Origin: Clostridiales bacterium UBA1758
GTDB taxonomy: Bacteria; Bacillota; Clostridia; Oscillospirales; UBA1758
NCBI GenBank assembly: GCA_002315595.1
Contig: DCHG01000062.1
Coordinates: 4,076-68,075 of the forward strand
Length of the DNA stretch: 64,000 nucleotides
Reading direction: 5' to 3'
In this document: positions 27,790 through 36,247 of the stretch, in pieces
Position numbering within the stretch: position 1 is the first letter of the stretch
Layout of the letters: each line of letters opens with the position of its first letter
Position numbers and translations under genes: made by a program
The notes under the pieces: model-generated
Databases searched by the model: none
The model's input: only the letters and a program-made list of their open reading frames with translations
What the model was told of the DNA's origin: nothing

Positions 27790-29280
27790 ATGACTCAAAT
27801 CACGGCAATCTGCGCACTATTACTGTTCATTGTCAGTATGCTTGCGATCGGAATCGCAAGTTCCCGTCGGACGAAAAATTTATCCGGATTTCTTCTCGGC
27901 AGCAGGAGTATCGGGCCCTGGTTATCGGCTTTCGCCTACGGGACCTCGTATTTTTCTGCTGTTATTTTTATTGGTTACGCCGGAAAGACCGGTTGGCAGG
28001 TCGGAATCGGCGGAATTTGGATTGGCATCGGCAATGCGATCCTCGGCAGTCTTCTTGCATGGAAACTTTTGGCGATCAGAACCCGCAAAATGACGCGCCG
28101 GTTGAATTCAGCCACCATGCCGGATTTCTTCGGTTCTCGCTATGACAGTACACTGCTGAAAAAACTCAGTGCGCTCATCATTTTCATCTTTCTCGTCCCA
28201 TACTCCGCGTCGGTCTATATGGGGCTCGGCTATCTTTTCAGTGCGATCTTCCCCGGCATCTCGTACACATGGTTTATGCTGATCATCGCGGTACTGACCG
28301 CGGTCTATCTCGTCCTCGGTGGCTACCTCGCAAGCGTCATGACCTCCTTTGTGCAGGGACTGATTATGATCGTCGGCGTGGTGCTTCTCGTCGGATGTAT
28401 TCTTTCCTCCCCGTCCGTCGGCGGACTTTCGGCAGGTCTGGAACGCCTTTCGTCGCTTGACGGCGGAAGTGACCTTGTCAATCTTTTCGGCGGATCAAAT
28501 TGGAAGACACTGATGTGGATGGTTATGCTGACCAGTTTCGGCACTTGGGGACTTCCGCAGATGATCCAAAAATTCTACACCATCAAAGACGAGCGTTCGA
28601 TCAAATCCGCGACCGTAATCTCCTCTGCGTTTGCCGCCCTCATCGGCATCGGTGCGTACTTTGTCGGCTCATTCGGCCGTTTGATCCTCAATAACGAACT
28701 TCCCGCAGAAGGCTACGACAAGGTCGTGCCGGATATGCTGGTCAAAGCACTCGGCGGTGGACTTTTCACGAATATTGTCCTTTCGCTGATTCTGTTGCTG
28801 ATCCTTTCCGCGTCGATGTCCACGCTGTCCTCGGTTGTTTTGACATCCGCATCGGCGGTCACCGTCGATCTGATGAACAAGGGCAAAAGCGTCACCGCAA
28901 TGCGCATTATGTGCATCATTTTCGTGACGCTCTCCTTCTTGTTCTCGGTGTTCAAGGTCAGTTTCATCATCAGCCTGATGTCGTTCTCTTGGGGCGTCGT
29001 TTCCGGCTCCTTCATCGGTCCGTACATCTGGGGGCTTTATTCCAAAAAAACGACGCGTGCCGGCGCCCTTGCGGGCGTGATCTCCGGGCCGGTCGTGGTG
29101 CTTGTCATCACACTGATCTATACTTTCCGTTCGGGCTTTGCTTCCGCACAAGCCGCATCCCCGATGGCGGGTTTCATTGCGATGGCGGTTTCGATCGCAA
29201 TCGTTCCGATCGTCAGTTCTTTCACCGAAAAACTTCCGAATTCCACCGTTTCCGCCGCATTTGACGCGGAAATTGAATAA
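27790..29280 (+). CDS. Sodium:solute symporter family transporter
   Basis: About 13-TM protein with SSF-type motifs (GSRSIGPWLSAFAYGTSYFSAVIFIGYAG). Confidence 0.85.
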   Translation: MTQITAICALLLFIVSMLAIGIASSRRTKNLSGFLLGSRSIGPWLSAFAYGTSYFSAVIFIGYAGKTGWQVGIGGIWIGIGNAILGSLLAWKLLAIRTRKMTRRLNSATMPDFFGSRYDSTLLKKLSALIIFIFLVPYSASVYMGLGYLFSAIFPGISYTWFMLIIAVLTAVYLVLGGYLASVMTSFVQGLIMIVGVVLLVGCILSSPSVGGLSAGLERLSSLDGGSDLVNLFGGSNWKTLMWMVMLTSFGTWGLPQMIQKFYTIKDERSIKSATVISSAFAALIGIGAYFVGSFGRLILNNELPAEGYDKVVPDMLVKALGGGLFTNIVLSLILLLILSASMSTLSSVVLTSASAVTVDLMNKGKSVTAMRIMCIIFVTLSFLFSVFKVSFIISLMSFSWGVVSGSFIGPYIWGLYSKKTTRAGALAGVISGPVVVLVITLIYTFRSGFASAQAASPMAGFIAMAVSIAIVPIVSSFTEKLPNSTVSAAFDAEIE

Positions 29281-29311
29281 AGAATAAACTAAAAAATCAG
29301 AGGGTGATTTT

Positions 29312-31042
29312 ATGGAGAAACAGATTCTTCTGGGTAACGCCGCTGTTGCCCGCGGTTTGTACGAAGCCGGATGCCGTGTCGTGTCCAGTTATCCCGGAAC
29401 GCCGTCCACGGAAATTTCCGAGGTCGTCGCCGAATATCCCGAAGTCTATGCCGAATGGGCTCCGAACGAAAAGGTTGCAGTCGAAACCGCACTCGGTGCC
29501 GCAGTCGGTGGCGCACGCGCCTTTTCCGCAATGAAACACGTCGGTCTGAATGTGGCAGCCGACCCGGTATTTATTACCTCTTACACCGGCATTTCCGCAG
29601 GACTTGTCATCGGCGTTGCCGACGATCCGGGAATGCACTCCTCGCAAAACGAGCAGGATAGTCGTCATTATGCGCGCGCCGCAAAGATCCCGATGCTCGA
29701 ACCTTCGGACTCGCAGGAATGCAAGGACTTTGCGAAACTTGCCTTTGACCTTTCCGAAAAGTATGACACCTCCGTATTTCTTCGTCTTTCCACCCGCGTT
29801 TCCCATTCGCAGAGTGTTGTCACCATCGAGCCGCGTGTGGAACACGAGATCGTCGAATATCAAAAAAACGCCCCGAAATATGTTATGATGCCAGGCTATG
29901 CCAAGGCGCGTCACATCGTCGTCGAAAAGCGACTCGAAGAACTGACCGAACTTGCCGGAAATATCGGTATCAATAAGATTATTCCGGGCTCCAACCGCCT
30001 CGGCGTCATTGCCGCTGGTATTTCCTATCAGTACGCACGGGAAGCCTTCGGTGACGAGGCAAGTTACCTCAAACTCGGTATGGTTTGGCCGATCAATCCC
30101 GAACTCGTCAAAAAATTCGCCGCATCTGTCGACCGTGTTGTTGTCGTCGAAGAAGGCGAAGCCTTTATCGAGGGCATTGTCCGCGCACTTGGCATTGAGG
30201 TCACGGGCAAGGACGTCCTGCCGTACTGCGGCGAATACAACCCGATCATGCTCCGTGAACTGATTGCGGGCGAAAAGGCGGATGCGGATGCTCCCACCGC
30301 CGCACCGGCGCGTCCTCCGTTGATGTGCCCCGGTTGCCCGCACCGCGGAATTTTCTACACACTGTCGAAAATGAAACTCACGGTTTCCGGCGACATCGGA
30401 TGCTATACGCTCGGTGCCACACCTCCGCTTCAGGCGATCGATACCACCTATTGCATGGGTGCGTCGATTTCGAGCCTGCACGGCATGATCAAGGCGCGTG
30501 GCAACGATTTTGCCAAAAAAGCCGTCGCCGTCATCGGTGACTCGACCTTTATGCACTCCGGCATGACGGGACTTCTGAACATTGTCTACAATAACACCCC
30601 TGCCACTGTCATCATCCTCGACAACAGCATCACCGGCATGACGGGACATCAGGAAAACCCGGCGACCGGCAAAAATCTCAAAGGCGAGCCTGCCCCGATC
30701 CTCGATCTCGAAACACTGGTCAAAGCACTCGGCGTCAAACGCGTCCGCGTCTGCGATCCGTTCGACCTCAAAGGAAGCGAAGCGGTCATCCGTGAGGAAC
30801 TGAACGCCGAAGAACCGAGCGTCGTCATCGCAAGACGCCCCTGCGCACTGCTCAAATCCTTCCAACGCGGTCCGGCGTTTGAGATCAGTGACAAATGCGT
30901 CGGCTGTAAACTCTGTATGCGTTGCGGTTGCCCCGCCATTTCGTTTGTTAACGGTAAGGCAAAAATCGACGCATCTCTCTGCGTCGGCTGCGGACTTTGC
31001 GCAAAACTTTGTCCGACCGGCAATATCGTGGAGGCGAAGTAA
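29312..31042 (+). CDS. iorA: Indolepyruvate:ferredoxin oxidoreductase, alpha subunit
   Basis: MEKQILLGNAAVARGLYEAGCRVVSSYPGTPSTEI. The C-terminus carries two ferredoxin-type clusters (CVGCKLCMRCGCP, CVGCGLCAKLCP). Confidence 0.9.
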   Translation: MEKQILLGNAAVARGLYEAGCRVVSSYPGTPSTEISEVVAEYPEVYAEWAPNEKVAVETALGAAVGGARAFSAMKHVGLNVAADPVFITSYTGISAGLVIGVADDPGMHSSQNEQDSRHYARAAKIPMLEPSDSQECKDFAKLAFDLSEKYDTSVFLRLSTRVSHSQSVVTIEPRVEHEIVEYQKNAPKYVMMPGYAKARHIVVEKRLEELTELAGNIGINKIIPGSNRLGVIAAGISYQYAREAFGDEASYLKLGMVWPINPELVKKFAASVDRVVVVEEGEAFIEGIVRALGIEVTGKDVLPYCGEYNPIMLRELIAGEKADADAPTAAPARPPLMCPGCPHRGIFYTLSKMKLTVSGDIGCYTLGATPPLQAIDTTYCMGASISSLHGMIKARGNDFAKKAVAVIGDSTFMHSGMTGLLNIVYNNTPATVIILDNSITGMTGHQENPATGKNLKGEPAPILDLETLVKALGVKRVRVCDPFDLKGSEAVIREELNAEEPSVVIARRPCALLKSFQRGPAFEISDKCVGCKLCMRCGCPAISFVNGKAKIDASLCVGCGLCAKLCPTGNIVEAK

Positions 31043-31043
31043 G

Positions 31044-31643
31044 ATGAAAAACGAAAAGGTTACAAATATTCTCATCGTCGGTGTCGGCGGTCAGGGTTCC
31101 CTGCTCGCCAGCCGAATTATCGGCGCACTGTACATAAATCGCAATATTGAGGTTAAAATAAGTGAAGTCCACGGAATGTCGCAGCGCGGCGGCAGTGTTG
31201 TCACCCACGTCCGCGCAGGTGACGGCGTTGCTTCGCCGATTGTCGCCCCCGGTGAAGCCGACATTCTCATTTCCTTTGAGGAACTGGAATCCCTCCGTTG
31301 GGCGCACTATCTCCGCAAAGGCGGTTCCGCCGCCGTTTCGACGCAGACCATTCCGCCCGCATCCGTTCTTTCCGGTGCCGTTGCGTACCCGGAAGGAATC
31401 GTCGATGAACTGAAAACCCGTGGAATTCGTCTTGCCGCCTTTGATGCGCTTGCCGCCGCCGTTTCCGCCGGTACCGCAAAGGCCGCAAATGTGGCACTTC
31501 TCGGTGCGGCGTCCGTGTTTTTTGACTTTACCGAGGAAGAATGGCTGAAAGCCCTCTCCGAATGTGTCAAGCCGAAATTCCTTGAACTCAACATCGCCGC
31601 CTTCAAGGCCGGTGAAGCCGCGGCGAAGGAGGCCGTCAAGTAA
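31044..31643 (+). CDS. iorB: Indolepyruvate:ferredoxin oxidoreductase, beta subunit
   Basis: [20 protein letters not shown]...[12 protein letters not shown]. The ATG lies 1 nt after the iorA stop, with GGAGG upstream. Confidence 0.88.
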   Translation: MKNEKVTNILIVGVGGQGSLLASRIIGALYINRNIEVKISEVHGMSQRGGSVVTHVRAGDGVASPIVAPGEADILISFEELESLRWAHYLRKGGSAAVSTQTIPPASVLSGAVAYPEGIVDELKTRGIRLAAFDALAAAVSAGTAKAANVALLGAASVFFDFTEEEWLKALSECVKPKFLELNIAAFKAGEAAAKEAVK

Positions 31644-31644
31644 T

Positions 31645-32943
31645 ATGTGGAACGAAAAATGCGAGGCAATGTCCCGCGATGAAATGACAACTCTTCAAGG
31701 GGAGCGTCTCGTAAAAACCGTCCGCAGAGTTTACGACAACACGCCCGCTTATCGTGCGAAGATGGACGAGATCGGCGTCAAGCCCGAGGATATTCGTTCC
31801 CGCGAAGACCTCGTCAAACTTCCTTTCACCGTCAAAACCGACCTGCGCGACAATTACCCGTTCGGGATGTTCGCCTGCCCGCGTACCGACATCGTGCGTA
31901 TACATGCGTCCTCCGGCACCACGGGCAAGCAGACGGTCGTCGGCTATACGCGCAGCGACCTTGAAAACTGGAGCGAAGTCGTTGCGCGTGCCTACACCGC
32001 GGCAGGTGCAACGAAGGATTCCGTCATCCATATTTCCTATGGTTACGGCTTGTTCACCGGCGGTCTCGGCGCACATTACGGCTCCGAACGCGTCGGGGCA
32101 ACCACCGTCCCCGTGTCCGTCGGCAACACCAAGCGTCAGATCCAGTCGCTGATCGACTTCGGCGCGACTATGATCTGCTGTACGCCATCGTACGCCATCC
32201 ACCTTGCCGAAACCATTGACGAAATGGGCATCGACAAATCCCTGCTCAAACTCCGTAGCGGTTGTTTCGGTGCCGAACCGTGGACGGAAGAAATGCGTAA
32301 GCAGATCGAAGCGGGCTTAAATCTTTCCGCCTTCGATATCTACGGCCTGTCCGAGATCATGGGTCCCGGTGTGGCATTTGAATGTCCCGCAAAAAAAGGT
32401 CTGCACATCAACGAAGACCATTTTATCCCCGAAATTCTCGATCCCGATACGGGGCTTCCCGTCCCCGACGGCGACGAAGGCGAATTGACCTTCACCTGTA
32501 TCACAAAAGAGGCTCTACCGCTGATCCGTTATCGCACGCACGACATCGCCCGCCTTATTCCCGGTAAATGCGAATGTGGGCGCACGCTGATTCGAATGAG
32601 TAAGCCCGTCGGACGTACGGACGATATGCTCATCATCCGCGGTGTCAATGTCTTCCCGTCCCAGGTCGAAAGCGTGCTTCTCGGCATCAACGGCGCGGCA
32701 GGCGCACATTTCCAACTTGTCGTTGACCGTCAGGGAAGCCTTGATACGCTTGAAATCCGTGTCGAGATGAGTCCCGAATTCTTCTCCGATGAAGTCCGCG
32801 AAATTGCCGCACTCGAACGCCGTATCCGCCGTGAGGTGGAAAGCGTCCTCGGTATCGCGGCACAAATTCGTCTTGTCGAACCGAAAAGTCTTGAACGCAC
32901 GGACGGCAAAGCAAAACGCGTTGTCGACCTGCGCAAACTGTAA
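31645..32943 (+). CDS. paaK: Phenylacetate-CoA ligase family protein
   Basis: [22 protein letters not shown]...[12 protein letters not shown]...[12 protein letters not shown] match PaaK-type adenylating enzyme motifs. Confidence 0.88.
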   Translation: MWNEKCEAMSRDEMTTLQGERLVKTVRRVYDNTPAYRAKMDEIGVKPEDIRSREDLVKLPFTVKTDLRDNYPFGMFACPRTDIVRIHASSGTTGKQTVVGYTRSDLENWSEVVARAYTAAGATKDSVIHISYGYGLFTGGLGAHYGSERVGATTVPVSVGNTKRQIQSLIDFGATMICCTPSYAIHLAETIDEMGIDKSLLKLRSGCFGAEPWTEEMRKQIEAGLNLSAFDIYGLSEIMGPGVAFECPAKKGLHINEDHFIPEILDPDTGLPVPDGDEGELTFTCITKEALPLIRYRTHDIARLIPGKCECGRTLIRMSKPVGRTDDMLIIRGVNVFPSQVESVLLGINGAAGAHFQLVVDRQGSLDTLEIRVEMSPEFFSDEVREIAALERRIRREVESVLGIAAQIRLVEPKSLERTDGKAKRVVDLRKL

Positions 32944-32970
32944 TCGGGTTTTCGAGGAAAGGAAGTCAAT

Positions 32971-33390
32971 ATGTATATCACACAAATCTCCGTCTTTATC
33001 GAAAACAAGCCCGGCCGTCTGTGTGAAGTGACTGAACTGCTGAGCAATCACCATATCGACCTGCGCGCGATGTGTTTGGCGGACACCGCCGATTTCGGGA
33101 TTCTTCGTATTATCGTCAACGATCCCGATACCGTCGTGGAAATCCTGCGAAACGCCGGTCTGACTGTTCGTTTGACAAAAGTCTTGGGCGTCGCCCTTCC
33201 CGATCATCCGGGTGCGTTGTCATCCGTTCTCACCGTTCTGCGTGATTCTGGAATTGCCGTCGAATACGCCTACGCCTTCATCGCCCGTGTCGAAAGCCGC
33301 GCAAGCGTCATTTTGAAAGTCGGATCCATCGAAGCCGCCGCTTCGGCGTTGGAGCAGGCAAATGTCACGCTTCTCGGCACAATCGAATGA
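32971..33390 (+). CDS. ACT domain protein
   Basis: Two ACT-like repeats (ISVFIENKPGRL..., VLGVALPDHPGAL...). This is the usual partner of iorAB-paaK clusters. Confidence 0.8.
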   Translation: MYITQISVFIENKPGRLCEVTELLSNHHIDLRAMCLADTADFGILRIIVNDPDTVVEILRNAGLTVRLTKVLGVALPDHPGALSSVLTVLRDSGIAVEYAYAFIARVESRASVILKVGSIEAAASALEQANVTLLGTIE

Positions 33391-33398
33391 TTTTTGTC

Positions 33399-33427
33399 TT
33401 GAAAAACGCGGAAAAAGAGTCTATTAT
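33399..33427 (+). promoter_or_regulatory. Sigma-A type promoter upstream of the CofE-like gene
   Basis: TTGAAA, 17-nt spacer, TATTAT. Confidence 0.45.
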
Positions 33428-33481
33428 ATAACTTGTCTGAATTTGATCAAGTGCCCGTTTCGGGACGAATAGGAGTTTACG

Positions 33482-34174
33482 ATGGATACTTATCAGGCCA
33501 ATCCCGAAAAAAAACTGAATATTACCGTCAACGGCATCGAATGGATGCGAATCCCCGTCCGTACCCATGTCATCGGCGAAAATGACAATATCTGCGAGGT
33601 CGCGGCAAAATATCCCGCCCCGCTGATGCAGGACGGCGACCTTCTTTTCATTTCCGAAAAATGTGTCGCCTGCACGCAAAAGCGCGCCATTCCGATGAAA
33701 GACATCAAGCCACGCAAACTTGCGGTATTTCTTTCGCACTATGTTTACAAATCCCCTTACGGCATCGGTCTCGGCATCCCGGAAACCATGGAAATGGCTC
33801 TTCGGGAATGCGGTGTGCCGCGTATTCTTTTCGCTGCAGCGATCAGCGTAATCGGCAAAATTCTCGGCAAACGCGGTTGGTTCTATGATGTTGCGGGTTA
33901 CCGTGCAAAAAGCATCGACGGTCCGACCAAAAACACCATTCCGCCGTACAACGAATATGTCGTTCTCGGTCCGATCAACCCCGACAAGATCGCGGGCGAA
34001 ATTTCCGCAAAGATCGGTCACCCGGTCGCCATCGTCGACGCAAATGACTTCAATGTCGATATTCTCGGTGCGTCTCAGGGCGTTGACCGCGCCTTTGTTG
34101 CCGCCGCGATCAAGGATAACCCCCTCGGTCAGAGCCATCAGCAGACTCCGATGGGCATTTTGAGAAAAGCATGA
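33482..34174 (+). CDS. CofE-like (F420-0:gamma-glutamyl ligase family) protein
   Basis: RIPVRTHVI..GDLLFISEKCVACTQKR and the C-terminal DNPLGQSHQQTPMGI resemble the CofE fold family. This assignment is from memory only. Confidence 0.55.
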   Translation: MDTYQANPEKKLNITVNGIEWMRIPVRTHVIGENDNICEVAAKYPAPLMQDGDLLFISEKCVACTQKRAIPMKDIKPRKLAVFLSHYVYKSPYGIGLGIPETMEMALRECGVPRILFAAAISVIGKILGKRGWFYDVAGYRAKSIDGPTKNTIPPYNEYVVLGPINPDKIAGEISAKIGHPVAIVDANDFNVDILGASQGVDRAFVAAAIKDNPLGQSHQQTPMGILRKA

Positions 34175-35403
34175 CAAAAGATTTCACCAAACTTGCCGCG
34201 GCCGCAGAAACCGCGGCTTCCGCGCGTTTTGCGGAAATTGACCGCATTGCGGAAGAAAACACGCTCCGCGTACTGGACGCCTTCCGCCGCAATCGCGTTT
34301 CCGATTCACTGTTTTCCGGCACGACCGGCTATGGCTATGACGACGCCGGTCGTGACACGCTCGACAGGATTTTTGCCGAACTTTTCGGTGCGGAAGACGC
34401 CCTCGTCCGCACGGGATTCGTCAACGGAACGCACGCGATCACCTGCTCTTTATTTGCCGCTGCCGTCCCGGGAAAGGACATTCTTTCACTGACGGGACTT
34501 CCGTATGATACCCTTCGTACGGTCATCGGTATTGCGGGCGACGCGCCCGGCTCATTGAAAGAATACGGTGTCGGATTTCGTTCCATTCCACTCGGTGAAG
34601 GTGAGCAATACTACCGTTCCATCACCGAAGCCGTTTCCAAGGGTGGACTTTGTTGTGCCGCAATCCAGCGTTCCCGCGGCTATGAAACCCGTCGTGCGCT
34701 ATCCGTCGGAGAGATCGAAAAAATGATCGCCGCCGTCCGTATGGCGAACAAGGATCTTCCGATCATCATTGACAACTGCTACGGCGAATTCACCGAAACC
34801 CGCGAGCCGACTCATGTCGGTGCAACACTGATTGCAGGCTCGTTGATCAAAAATCCCGGTGGCGGACTTGCCCCGACGGGCGGTTATATCGCGGGGGATG
34901 CGAAATTCGTTGAACGAGCCGCGGCTCGTCTGACCTGCCCCGGAATCGGCCGTGAATGCGGAAGTACCAACGGCATGAACCGCGCACTGTATCAAGGACT
35001 TTTTCTTGCACCGCATACCACGGCACAGGCGATCAAGACCTCTGTTTTCGCCGCTTATATCTGCGATATGCTCGGTTTCGATGTTTTCCCGAAACCGGAC
35101 GATCCCAGATGCGATATTATTCAGACAATTCAATTTCATGATCCCGATAAACTTCTCGCTTTCTGTCGCGGAATTCAGTCCGCCTCCCCGGTGGATGCAC
35201 ACCTCACGCCGGAGCCGTGGGAAATGCCCGGTTACGATTGCCCCGTGGTCATGGCGGCGGGGACTTTTATTCAAGGTTCTTCGATCGAACTTTCCGCCGA
35301 CGCACCGATGCGTGAGCCGTACACCGTGTATATTCAGGGCGGTCTGACCTATGAATCGGGCAAGGCGGGCATTCTCAACGCACTGAAAGCGATGGATGAA
35401 TGA
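34171..35403 (+). CDS. Methionine gamma-lyase-like / aluminium-resistance family PLP protein (YnbB-like)
   Basis: RVLDAFRRNRVSDSLFSGTTGYGYDDAGRDTLDRIFAELFGAEDALVR is the characteristic N-terminus of this family. The start overlaps the upstream stop. Confidence 0.8.
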   Translation: MTKDFTKLAAAAETAASARFAEIDRIAEENTLRVLDAFRRNRVSDSLFSGTTGYGYDDAGRDTLDRIFAELFGAEDALVRTGFVNGTHAITCSLFAAAVPGKDILSLTGLPYDTLRTVIGIAGDAPGSLKEYGVGFRSIPLGEGEQYYRSITEAVSKGGLCCAAIQRSRGYETRRALSVGEIEKMIAAVRMANKDLPIIIDNCYGEFTETREPTHVGATLIAGSLIKNPGGGLAPTGGYIAGDAKFVERAAARLTCPGIGRECGSTNGMNRALYQGLFLAPHTTAQAIKTSVFAAYICDMLGFDVFPKPDDPRCDIIQTIQFHDPDKLLAFCRGIQSASPVDAHLTPEPWEMPGYDCPVVMAAGTFIQGSSIELSADAPMREPYTVYIQGGLTYESGKAGILNALKAMDE

Positions 35404-35966
35404 TGACTCTTTACATCAACGCCTGCGTGCGTCCCAAATCCAGAACGAACCGTCTTGCTCACGCACTGCTTGACCGCTTGGGCGATTTTGATGAAATCAG
35501 ACTCGACGGTCTTCGGTTGGAACCGATGACGGCGGAGCGTCTTGCGCTCCGTACCGAACTGATGACAAAGGGCGATTTTTCCGATCCAATCTTCGATCAG
35601 GCGAAAAAGTTCGCTTCCGCGGAACATATCGTTATCGCCGCCCCTTTTTGGGATCTTTCCTTTCCCGCAGAATTGAAAACCTATATCGAAAACATTTTTG
35701 TTGTCGGTCTGACCTCGGTTTATGACGAAAACGGCGTACCGCACGGTCTTTGTAAGGCAAAAAAACTATGGTATGTCACGACTGCGGGCGGGTATTTTGA
35801 TCCGCGTTTCGGGTACGATTACATTAAAGAACTCGTCGGACATTATTTCGGGATTTCGGATACCGAACTGATCTATGCCGAATGTCTTGACCTTATCGGA
35901 AAAGACGCAGAATTCATTTTGTCCGAAACAATCAAAAACAAAATTGATGACAAATCGTTTTTTTGA
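35400..35966 (+). CDS. Flavodoxin-like-fold NAD(P)H-dependent oxidoreductase
   Basis: HIVIAAPFWDLSFPAELKTYIENI matches the Flavodoxin_2/azoreductase-like family. The start overlaps the upstream stop. Confidence 0.7.
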   Translation: MMTLYINACVRPKSRTNRLAHALLDRLGDFDEIRLDGLRLEPMTAERLALRTELMTKGDFSDPIFDQAKKFASAEHIVIAAPFWDLSFPAELKTYIENIFVVGLTSVYDENGVPHGLCKAKKLWYVTTAGGYFDPRFGYDYIKELVGHYFGISDTELIYAECLDLIGKDAEFILSETIKNKIDDKSFF

Positions 35967-35995
35967 TTGACAAATCGCGATATTTTCAGTATAAT
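35967..35995 (+). promoter_or_regulatory. Consensus sigma-A promoter for the valS leader
   Basis: TTGACA (35967-35972), 17-nt spacer, TATAAT (35990-35995). Both hexamers are perfect consensus. Confidence 0.75.
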
Positions 35996-36001
35996 TGTGG
36001 A

Positions 36002-36226
36002 ACAAAAGCTATGACGAAGACAACGCCGTCGCAGAACACTTTTCAGAGAGTCGGGGATGCTGTGAGCCCGGCAGGTGAAGACGGAACGGTCACTTCCGAG
36101 CCCATCGGGGATAACCCGATGCGTCCGCGCACGTTAAGCGCATACGAGAGGGCTCTTTTTTAGAGTCAACTTGGGTGGTACCACGGTATTTTTTCGCCGT
36201 CCCAAATTCGGGACGGCGTTTTTTTA
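36002..36226 (+). promoter_or_regulatory. T-box riboswitch leader, valine specifier (GUC)
   Basis: AGAGAG and GCTGTGAG stem I elements are present. GTC at 36089-36091 is followed by A in a specifier-loop context. The T-box sequence aacttgggtggtaccacgg lies at 36168-36186. The terminator cgccgtccc...gggacggcg plus T7 lies at 36195-36225. Confidence 0.88.
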
Positions 36227-36247
36227 TTATAATTTAGGAGTGTTACT

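Noticed and set aside
29297-31075. 592-aa ORF on the minus strand
   Set aside because: It is antisense to iorA, whose translation has clear family motifs. The translation is Arg/Gly/Asp-rich with no recognisable domain.
35963-36163. 66-aa ORF between the reductase gene and valS
   Set aside because: It lies inside the T-box leader RNA, and the region is better explained as a riboswitch.
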